DNA from: Alloascoidea hylecoeti
Taxonomy: Eukaryota
Length of the DNA: 64,000 bases
Reading direction: 5' to 3'
Assembly: GCA_001600815.1 (NCBI GenBank)
Contig: BCKZ01000003.1
Coordinates: 1,227,474 to 1,291,473, forward strand
A program made the position numbers and the translations under genes. A model generated the notes under the pieces. The model was not told where the DNA came from and ran no database searches. It saw nothing but the letters and a program-made list of their open reading frames with translations. Positions 10,928 to 20,362 of the stretch are shown one piece after another (position 1 is the first letter of the stretch; each line of letters starts with the position of its first letter).

Positions 10928-12019
10928 TTAGTGACTAATCGACTGAAGGCCATCTTGAGTAATAACAAAGTCAATTCTGTCCCATCTTTGTGTAGCAGTC
11001 TTGAAACTTTTCACTATAATTTGCTCATTATCTGTAACTGAAATTTCATCAGGATCATTTATAATTACTAAGTAATCAAGAGTATGATTCCATTTTTGTG
11101 GAAGATATGAGTAGTGAGAAAGAGCTGTATTTGACTTATTTTCCTTCGAATCAGGACTAGTAGTATTTGTTAATCGTCGTGATTTGTCTCTAAATCCATA
11201 TACATTATTCGATACCCCATCGAGACATGTAACAATTATAGCACATTCATATATTGATTGTGCTTTTTTCAATGCATTTAGTAGAAGACTGAAATCTTGA
11301 TTGAGATTTCGTTCTGCTCTTGATTGCCAATAAAAAGGAGTTATACTATCCACCATTATTGAAACTAGTCTGTATGACGATAATGATGGAGATTTGTAAT
11401 CAAGTAAAAACGGAGCTAATGAGTCAATATGGCCGGACAGACTAGAAATAGAATCAATTGATGTCACAATAATTATCCGATCAAGACAATTCTGGATATA
11501 TTGATCTTCGTCTAATATGGTAGAGCCAAGCTTAACTACTATAGCATTATGAATTATTTTCCTCATTGAAAACCAGCCTGATCCAGATTTTGGATTCTCC
11601 TTATTGCCCCATCTTAGGTCAACGTCATAGACTATTACAACATCAAGGATATCTGGTGCTGAGTCAACATCGATGAACATTCTAGAAGGTTTGTTTTGTC
11701 GTGATATATCTGCTTCTATTAACCCTAAGTTTTCCGGTACCACGGCTTTGCATATTTCATATAATAGATGTGATTTACCTGAGGATGGCGGACCAGTTAT
11801 TTGTATAAAAAGAGATCTTCTGGGCTGTTTGGAAGAAGATCCCGATGAACCTGTTATAAAAGGAATTGAAACATCTTTGACGGGTATTTTGATGATCTGT
11901 ATATAAATAGTTAATAACAGAAGTTAGAAGCCTTATTTAATGATGTTTCGTACCGAGGATAGACGTTGTTTTTTGATATTGAGTGGAACGGATAGTGGAA
12001 GAGGTCTCAAACTAGACAT
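10928..12019 (-). CDS. Rad51 paralog, XRCC2/Rlp1/Psy3-like; join(12019..11954, 11896..10928)
   Basis: A 57-nt intron at 11897-11953 (GTACGA...TTCTAAC...CAG) joins an upstream ATG to a frame carrying Walker A (ITGPPSSGKSHLLY). Walker B region IMVDSITPFYWQSR resembles the XRCC2 motif DSLSAFYW. Confidence 0.75.
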
Positions 12020-12550
12020 TTGAATTTAAATTACTGTTTAAACTTATTCATTAATTATTTACTTTACTTAATTATATCAGGAGGTGAGGTATATTCTGGC
12101 CGGGTCCTTTTGTCGGGTGTCATTGATAGTTGCCGTCCGTGGACCGGGTAAACGGCTGGCTTTTATAGTTGACGGGTTGGTAGATCATTAATACTTCATG
12201 AGTGTCTATTATAGACTTATTATAGAACTCTTTGCTGCATCGCCGTACAGTCCAGATACCATAGTAGAACAGATCATACAAGCCACTTTTACTTTCAGCT
12301 GGTATCGGCCGGTGGCTAAATATCGACCCGGTGTCTATTACTGTCTAACAACTTAACAAGGCAACCCACCCGTACGCGTCTGCGCTTTATTATTTTTAAT
12401 TATCCGAGCCGACTCGTAAGTAACTATAATTTATCAATGCGATATAAAAGTATCATCTTTGCTCAGATTTCCAGAATGCCTTTGAAATCTCTTGCAATTT
12501 TTCATCTGCATTAAAAATATATATATCTCATCCATCGAGGGTTCCTGGAA

Positions 12551-14227
12551 ATGTCAGATATATCTCTAGGTGCTATCATTTATACTAGTGTCAAGCCTAT
12601 TATCAAAATTTATTTAGGTATAGGTATTGGCTTTTTTCTAGCAAAAAGAAATGTCCTGACTGTTGAAACTGGAAGAAATGTATCTGATATCATTTTAAAT
12701 GTTCTTATGCCATGTCTTATGTTCAATAAAATCATAACAAGTTTACAAGGTTCTGATATCAAGGATCTTGGGATTGTTGTTCTTTCTGCTTTTCTATATT
12801 ATGCCATTGGTTTGGTTGGTGGAATAATAACTGTGCTCCTTTTCCCGGTTCCTAAAAATTGGAAAGGTGGCCTTATTGGCTGTGCGACTTGGAATAATAT
12901 TGGTGATTTACCAATGGCTTATATGCAGTCAATGGATACTGGTCTAGTCTTCACAAGTGCTGAAGGAAATAAAGGTTTGGCATATTCATCAATGTATTTG
13001 ACAATGTTAGCTTTCACTTTGTTTAACATGGGCGGTTATAGACTTGTAGAATATGATTTTCGAGATGTTTTAAAAGGACCTCAAAATGATGAAGAAAAAA
13101 GTCTAGATGATATTGAAGATAGTGATAATGAAAATAATCACAATGACAAGTCTGATGATCATCTTCAGCTGCAGGACCGGAATTCTATTCTCAGTACCAG
13201 CTCAGATGAATCAACCAATTCTGTTATGCCTTCATACGCTGAAAAGAATTCAAATAAAAAGGAAGAGAAACTATATGAAGAATTCCTTAAAGAGAGGGGA
13301 GTTTTAAAAAAGAAATCTGGAAATAGTAGTAGTGAAAGCGGGAATCTTGGAGCATTAAACTTACCTTCAGGCTCAAACATTTCTCGATCAAATACTAATA
13401 ACAGTATTATTAGTTCAAATAAGCTTGCAAAAACATATTCAAAAAACCTGGAGTTACGTGATCTACCTTCCCAAACGGTTCATGATCTTATTGATGAATA
13501 TAGTCAAGCTGAAAATTTGCAAACAGCTGCTAGCACAGGCTTAGAAAGACGACTGACAAAAATTAGTACGTTAGGTCCTGTTGCAGTTAACGAACCAATT
13601 GAACCACAATCTAAGTATTCTAAATTTATTAAGGATCATAATCTTGGATTACTTGACATGATTATTGTGAACTTTCTAAAACCACAGGCTGTTGCTGTTG
13701 TGATTGCTATTACTATAACAATGATTCCTTGGGTACGTCGATTATTCACTGTAACTTCAATTAATATGCCAGATGCCCCAGATGAATTACCAATATTGAA
13801 TTTTTTAATGGACATTACTTCATTCATTGGCCAAGCTTCTGTGCCTTTTGGTATTCTTATGTTAGGAGCAACAATGGCAAGAATCAAACTTGGAACATAT
13901 ACTTGGAATTATTATTTAATTTTAGCAATTATTGCAATTCTTAAGTTAGCTATTTTACCAATTATATCAATAGCATTTGTATCTAGTCTTCGATCGGCCG
14001 GGTGGATTGAAGATTCTAATCATGTTTTGATGTTTGTTATGATTATCTCAAGTGCTTTACCAAGTGCAACAACTATGGTTTATTTAACTGCCTTTTATAC
14101 TTTACCTGGACAAAAACATGAACAATTGGATTTAATAGGATTAAACCTTTTAATACAATACCCAATGGCAATAATCACTTTACCTATTGTATGTTCTTAT
14201 ACTTTAAAGGCTGTGCTTAATCTATAA
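12551..14227 (+). CDS. ECM3: Auxin-efflux-carrier/PIN-like (Mem_trans) transporter, Ecm3 family
   Basis: SVKPIIKIYL, PCLMFNKI, NIGDLPMAY, FIGQASVPFGILMLGA; two TM bundles separated by a long loop. Confidence 0.85.
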   Translation: MSDISLGAIIYTSVKPIIKIYLGIGIGFFLAKRNVLTVETGRNVSDIILNVLMPCLMFNKIITSLQGSDIKDLGIVVLSAFLYYAIGLVGGIITVLLFPVPKNWKGGLIGCATWNNIGDLPMAYMQSMDTGLVFTSAEGNKGLAYSSMYLTMLAFTLFNMGGYRLVEYDFRDVLKGPQNDEEKSLDDIEDSDNENNHNDKSDDHLQLQDRNSILSTSSDESTNSVMPSYAEKNSNKKEEKLYEEFLKERGVLKKKSGNSSSESGNLGALNLPSGSNISRSNTNNSIISSNKLAKTYSKNLELRDLPSQTVHDLIDEYSQAENLQTAASTGLERRLTKISTLGPVAVNEPIEPQSKYSKFIKDHNLGLLDMIIVNFLKPQAVAVVIAITITMIPWVRRLFTVTSINMPDAPDELPILNFLMDITSFIGQASVPFGILMLGATMARIKLGTYTWNYYLILAIIAILKLAILPIISIAFVSSLRSAGWIEDSNHVLMFVMIISSALPSATTMVYLTAFYTLPGQKHEQLDLIGLNLLIQYPMAIITLPIVCSYTLKAVLNL

Positions 14228-14529
14228 ATTTAACTTATAAAATGATTTAAAAATGATTCTAAAGATCATATATACAATCAATCGAATGACTCATATGTAT
14301 AGATAAAATGGATATGGATATTATGAAAGCAGTTTAGATTATTTGGATTTGTTGTTTACCTTAACGGTTGGGGCTGACGTTTTTTATTGGTTGTAAAATA
14401 ATACGTGTTTTTATAATTATGATTGTATTAAAAATATAAGTACTATATAAAGTTTTCGATTATTTATCATTATTAATTCATCTTTTTTTATGTGTATGTT
14501 ATATAAATAAGGATATGAATAGCTCAAAT

Positions 14530-15495
14530 TTAAAACCCATCGTCGATTCCTTGTTGGATTTCATTGACCAATCTTTCGTTATCAATATCCCACCAATATT
14601 TAAATGTTCCTGTTTCATCATTATAGTCATTTCTTTCGTGTTTTTTCACATCCCAAGGCTTTGGTGTGATAATATAATGAATATTTTTAACTTGATTAAT
14701 ATTCCACATATTTGAATGACTTAAAGTAAGAGTCTTTAAAGCATTATATTTATAACTCAATCCTACCCATTTTGATTCAAATACGTCAGATAAGAGAGAT
14801 TGATCAGCAAAATCATAAGAAGAAACGGATTTTTCATTTGATAAAACAGATAGAATCTTATTATATATTTTTTTATTTGGTTTGACCACTTGTAGTCCTC
14901 CATTACATATTTTTAAACCTGAATCTGAACTTGGTCCTAATATTTCATCATCATCTTTGTGATCCAAAGATTTTGAAGAAGTATAAGCGCAATTTTCTTT
15001 TATCCAATCTTTTGGGTAATGAGATTTAGCGTATGTATTACATACACAACAATGTGAAGCAGCAAATATCTTTGTATCGTCATTTAGTGTAATATCCATT
15101 AATTCATCCATATTTTGTAAAACAATCATATCTGAATCCAACTGAACAATTTTATCAAATTCAACTAAGCCAAATGGTTGAAGTTTAGTCCAGCAATCAT
15201 AAAATCTAATATCATTAGAATAGTCCTTCGATGATTTAGGAATTAGATATTCAGTTCTCATTTTTGGTATTCCTCTGATATCTAAAGCATGATGACCTTC
15301 TTCGGGAAATGTGTCAGTATATAATGCAACTAGAGGATATTTCGAATTCACTCTCTTTAAAGAGTAATCAAGAGAAAATAATCCAGTTAAATAAGAAGTA
15401 TTGGTGATAAGTGACGTCCATACTTGCTTCGGTAGTTTTGTGGTTGGATTAGAACTCAATTCTGAATCTTTTTCGCAATTTATTTGTATAGTCAT
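14530..15495 (-). CDS. Glycosyltransferase family 8 (glycogenin/galactinol-synthase-like)
   Basis: VWTSLITNTSYL, DCWTKL, DXD motif VQLDSDM, DFADQSLL, YNALKT, IHYIITPKPW. First ATG at 15495. Confidence 0.85.
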   Translation of the reverse strand: MTIQINCEKDSELSSNPTTKLPKQVWTSLITNTSYLTGLFSLDYSLKRVNSKYPLVALYTDTFPEEGHHALDIRGIPKMRTEYLIPKSSKDYSNDIRFYDCWTKLQPFGLVEFDKIVQLDSDMIVLQNMDELMDITLNDDTKIFAASHCCVCNTYAKSHYPKDWIKENCAYTSSKSLDHKDDDEILGPSSDSGLKICNGGLQVVKPNKKIYNKILSVLSNEKSVSSYDFADQSLLSDVFESKWVGLSYKYNALKTLTLSHSNMWNINQVKNIHYIITPKPWDVKKHERNDYNDETGTFKYWWDIDNERLVNEIQQGIDDGF

Positions 15496-15624
15496 TATTA
15501 GATTGTATATAATTGCGAACAATTGAAATCAATTTAATTCAAAGAAACCGGTAAAACGGAAAAAATGGAAAAGTCTTTATCTTTTTTACTAAAAAATCTA
15601 TAGTGGGGCAAAAGCTTAAATTTT

Positions 15625-15933
15625 TATGATTAAAGCTTTACATCAAAATATCATTGAAATTAACTAACTACTGTAGACACTGTAAATATAATTAATGGTA
15701 TCAAAAAGTACTGATTTATAAGAGTATCCACACTGTAGCTCATATATAAACACCATCAGTACTACCTGCTTATGATCAATTCCCTAGGTTTAATACATAT
15801 TCTTATTATTACACTTCATTATATAAGTTCTAATTTATGATAAAAATAATATATACGGCCCTCATATATATTTGATAAAATGTTTCATTTTCTATTAAGC
15901 CATATGCAATGCATACTATTATTAGGTATAATA
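15625..15933. repeat. Dispersed non-coding module, copy 1 (inverted copy at ~46889-47170; partial direct copy at ~18410-18520)
   Basis: tttgataaaatgtttcattttct and gatttataagagtat match the reverse complement of 46924-46947 and ~47093-47106; aactaacta.ctgtaga.actgtaa recurs at ~18449. Confidence 0.65.
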
Positions 15934-17558
15934 TTATGAAGAATTATCTTGTAAATGAGACTTCACTAAAACATTAAAAGTTATTTTGAAAGAAATACTC
16001 GAGAACTTGTAAGTTTTCTCCTTTTTAATTAAATATGGAGAAGAAGTGCTAGTACTTTCATTCTTATCTTTAGTACTTATATCACCCCAATGACTGATAT
16101 TCAACCACTTTAGGCCAAGTTTTCCTTTTGGTTGGTAACATTTTGATACTTCATTGATTTCTGTCGAACTTATATTGGGTTTCTGTGGCCAAGATACAAA
16201 AGAGAAAGTTAGCCTTTAATACATAATATCTTTCTAATTGGCAAATACCAAAACTAGGAAGTATATGGGAAGTAAATGAAGGTAATTCACATTTAATAAC
16301 CCTTTCATAGATGGTTTCTCCTGTTTCCCAATTATATTGAGGGACCCATTTATTCCAAATATCTTTGGATTCGGGTTTCTGAATGACACAGGTATTGGTA
16401 TGACAATCATAAGGGTCGGTGTGACAGAAAATATTCCTACTCTTTCAGTGTTGACTTTATAAACTCACCTTTCTTGAGCTGAAAATTCTTCCTGGGGTAA
16501 TATTAATAATTGAAAATTTTGACATTACAAGAAGTAATAATCGGCGGTTCCTGCAATACTCCATCGATTAATATAGGACTATATATAAACTTGATTGGAA
16601 ATACAAAATTTTTACTTCCCATAGGATTCGAGTTTACATCCAGATCTGAAGCTGTTGATGAGCTATTAGTCCTTGATTTTGGTGAGTTTAAGTATAATAC
16701 AGGATCATAATGAGGTACAATGACTTTCATCATTGAAGTCGATCGATGCAGTGGTAGAAATCGCATATCTGCATCGAGATTGCAATATATAAGCTTTATA
16801 ACATGACAGTTTTCCTGTTTCTGGGTCTATATCAGCAATATTATACCTTTCAATATGACGGGAAGGAGGATATGAAGGTACAAAGTTTTTTCGTACAAAG
16901 CTTCTAGGGATGCATCCGGGAGTTTCCATTGTGTCCATCGTTTCCATTGTGTCCATCGTTTCCATATAGGAAGATTAGAATTTAATACAGATATAATCTT
17001 ATTATCGATTGTTGCTTTAATGTAATAAGTAATACAAATACCATCGGAAGACATAAGCGATTCAAATGTATACATACCGGTAAGCTCATCATCAAAATTC
17101 CAATCTTTAGGATGACAGTTTTCAGTGCGCGATGAGACAAAAGTAATCGGGACAGTAGTTTTCTTGGGCTTAGCCTTCGACTTTTGAATAGAGTCTTTTC
17201 TCAATTTATCCGGATCACGAGTGATATAATTTTGAGACCCATTAACGAATTTCATTTGGCAACGAGAAGAGGAGGCATTTCCAAAACTTGGAGGCAGATC
17301 CATGCGACTATGACCTAGGAAATGATTCTCCAGTTTGCAGTTTGCGATTGATTCTGATAATTTTTCAGGAATAACAAAACTGAACGGTAATGTATACTTC
17401 ACGCTAGCTAAAGCTATCTTCTCTTTAGGGAAATATGATCCAGGAATATCATCTATCATTTTCAATAACAGTAAATTGGTTATATAAGCTACTTCACAGT
17501 CATCTAATAAACTCCCTTCAGTAATGAACGATGCTTCCAAAGATATCGTATTCATCAT
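15934..17558 (-). pseudogene. Bul1-like alpha-arrestin (Rsp5 adaptor family) pseudogene, copy A
   Basis: N-domain LLLLKM...YTLPFSFVIPEKL...C...H...LPPSFG...ITYYIKA and C-domain ILPSFGICQLERYYVLKANF (read manually at ~16210-16270) lie in different frames. At least four frameshifts plus a stop at 16503, and an 18-bp tandem duplication at ~16922-16965. Confidence 0.75.
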
Positions 17559-18409
17559 AAAAAAAATGTTGTATTAGGTATAAGGATAGTGGTTTAACCA
17601 GATGTTTAAATTTTAAAAAAGATATAGATAACTAAGTTTTTAATAGCAGATAGGGAAAGTAATTAAGCGATTCAAACGTGATTCTTCCTATAAGTTTCGA
17701 TTAAAAAGGCATTCAGAATGATAAAATACACCTCAGTAGATATATCATAAGCAATAAGATTAATATTAAGGCCCCTTTGAATTCATATTGTCTGTTATTT
17801 TGTTTCGGGGGGTGTTAATTTAACTTAAATTAAGTTGTAATTAATATATTGAGAGAGCCCATCACAAACTCCCTGCAACGGACAATAGTATCATTATTAT
17901 ACGATCATGCATATTAATCACATATTTGGGCTCCCTTTTCCAAATTAGGATAAAACGCAAATTGTGATCCTTTATAGATAAAATATAAACACAAATATCT
18001 AACAAATCAATTGCAAAGTTCTCAGGTGTAAGTAGGCCTACGTAGAGGTGGTCACGATTCACGATATACGAAAATTATGACAGAAATTGGAACACCTAAA
18101 TTCACGAAAAACCAAAATTCCTTATGGAAGGATTTACGGAAAATATCATTATACGACCATTTGCATGTTGATAGTATTTATTATTAAATGGGAAGGTATC
18201 TTTAGGTGGATTGTGATGAATAAGATATATGTTGACCGCAATTACCAAAACAAGTAATTAAACACATATTCATATCTACACATTGATTGCTAATGCATAA
18301 AGGGGTAGCAGATGGAACCGAGTATTAGAAGCTCTAAATTTAAATTTGAGATCGAGTAATCCCCATCGCAATAATATTCTCATATACACATATGATTATA
18401 AGAATACAA

Positions 18410-18520
18410 TTTAAGCTACAGCTTTAGTACATAGATATATATTATATCAACTAACTAGCCTGTAGAAACTGTAAGTTAAAATAAATCCAAAATGTTTGGA
18501 TTTATGAGAGTATTCATAGA
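18410..18520. repeat. Partial direct copy of the non-coding module at ~15630-15735
   Basis: caactaactagcctgtagaaactgtaa...gatttatgagagtatt versus taactaactactgtagacactgtaa...gatttataagagtatc. Confidence 0.5.
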
Positions 18521-18852
18521 TTTAATTAAGTTGATTTGTGTTTTAAGGAGATTAATTGTTAATCGACGGCTGAATATCCATTAAACTTATATAGCTATAA
18601 GTTAAAATTGAACTCTATAATGATAGATTAAGATCCTAAATAAAAAATGACAATACAATATTTTATGGATAATTAAAATAAAATTAAAATGTGAAGATAG
18701 TTAAGATCTTAGAATTTTAAGCGTTTCCTTTACAAACAAGCTTGTGATAATTAATATTGCAACGTTAAACTAAATTATTTCTAATAATAAACCTATTTGT
18801 AGAAATGATTTTGTATAACTTTTTAAAAGCATTATAGAGGAGTGTCAATTTA

Positions 18853-20172
18853 TTAACTTATTAGACCCAGTAATTTACAAGCTTTAAAAACATTTCTACG
18901 AACTGTTGTATATCTTCTTTTATCTTCCTCTTCTCCTTCTCCAAAAATATTAACTTTCCCATCTCTTCCAATAACTGAAACATTCCCAGTTAAGCTGTTG
19001 AATATGCTTCCATAATGAAGGTCTTGGAGCAGGCTTCGACAACATATGACTACATCTTCACCTCTTTGCTCACAGAATGGCTTAATAAGACGTATAATTT
19101 GTGCAACCCATTCAACTTTAAAAGCTATCAACGTATCATCTTCTGTACAATCATGATGATAAAATTTGGTAATTTCCCATCTAGATTTCTTATTCTTTTG
19201 ATTTTTAGTTTCCGTCAAATCAAGCAATGAACCATTACAGCCTTTACAAGATACATTAGTTTTCATACCAGATATTGTCATTTTCATTCTTATACCATAT
19301 TTATTGGTGAACAAGATGTATAAATAAAATATTGCATCATCCTTTGAAAGAAAATAGTCACCTGGAGCTATATAGAAAGTATCAAAATATAGTTTAAATA
19401 TTTGAGTGACAGCATAACCATTTTCTTTATCATTAATTAGTTTTTTGAATGTTTCTGGAAGTTTGAATGGGTGCTTGCAAACTTTATAGTCATAGCTGAA
19501 CAAAGGTTTGTCTTCATCCTGAGAGTTGTTTGGCGATAATACTAGTTCCTTTTGAACTATTGCATCCCTTTCTGATAATTTGGGTGATGAGAGAGTGTTG
19601 GCAGTTTTTCTACTAAGTGTTGCATTTGTATCTTCTTTTGATACATTAGTCGTTAAAGGAACTTCTTCATCCAAAGATAAGTCAAACTCTATTTTATCAC
19701 TTAGATTTTGAACCTTCATTCGTTTACTTCTACGATTTGGCTGTGGTGCAGATTTGAAAATATTATCCATTAGAATATCTGAATTCGGTCGTCGTTTATT
19801 TGCTTTAATATTATTATCATTTGACTCTTTTGGATTTGTTGCATTGTTATGTTTGGAAATATCTTTTCTGTGATCATCGTTCAGTTTAAATATAGAATTC
19901 AATTGTTTCTCTAGAAGTTTCAGCCGTGTTTCTTTTCGAGCACATCGTGCCTCTAAGTATTTTATTCGCGTTCTTTCCTCTTCATTGTCATTTTTCAACT
20001 CATTTAAGAGATCTACTATATATTCTTTAAGAACTAGAATATCTGAGGGGGATTTAGATATAGATAAATTTGACTGAATTTTAGCATTCAGATCGTTCTC
20101 ATTTCCTAAATTTGTATTTGAATCATTTGTATTAATTGAGTTTATTGATTTTTTAAGTCGCGATCGAGCCAT
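18853..20172 (-). CDS. Coiled-coil protein with MuDR/FAR1 (WRKY-GCM1 fold) zinc-finger DNA-binding domain; no DDE core
   Basis: PGDYFLSKDDAIFYL...CKGC...WEITKFYHHDC fits the Mutator DBD pattern G..F.SK...C..C...W.I.K...H.C. Intact ORF with NLS-like KRRP/RRSKR. Alternative ATG at 20244. Confidence 0.6.
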   Translation of the reverse strand: MARSRLKKSINSINTNDSNTNLGNENDLNAKIQSNLSISKSPSDILVLKEYIVDLLNELKNDNEEERTRIKYLEARCARKETRLKLLEKQLNSIFKLNDDHRKDISKHNNATNPKESNDNNIKANKRRPNSDILMDNIFKSAPQPNRRSKRMKVQNLSDKIEFDLSLDEEVPLTTNVSKEDTNATLSRKTANTLSSPKLSERDAIVQKELVLSPNNSQDEDKPLFSYDYKVCKHPFKLPETFKKLINDKENGYAVTQIFKLYFDTFYIAPGDYFLSKDDAIFYLYILFTNKYGIRMKMTISGMKTNVSCKGCNGSLLDLTETKNQKNKKSRWEITKFYHHDCTEDDTLIAFKVEWVAQIIRLIKPFCEQRGEDVVICCRSLLQDLHYGSIFNSLTGNVSVIGRDGKVNIFGEGEEEDKRRYTTVRRNVFKACKLLGLIS

Positions 20173-20362
20173 AATTGTCAATAGTGATAATTGAACTTCG
20201 CACACATAATTCAAAACGAGGGTGTTACCCGCACGTCCATCCATTCCCCTGACATTTCTTTTGTTCTTACAAAAGAATCAACTACACTCACAGTAAGTAA
20301 TAGACTAACCGTAAAATTATTCATATATACAGATCCTTTTAGTGAAATTAATACCACGGAAG

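Noticed and set aside
16875..16900. Programmed frameshift shared by both arrestin copies before FVPSYPP
   Set aside because: The copies need different shifts in different homopolymers (A6 versus T7) and carry several other lesions; independent decay is simpler.
20293..20342. Possible 40-50 nt 5'-UTR intron of RMR1 (GTAAGT-AATA-GACTAAC...CAG)
   Set aside because: Donor-to-branch distance of a few nucleotides is implausibly short without RNA evidence.
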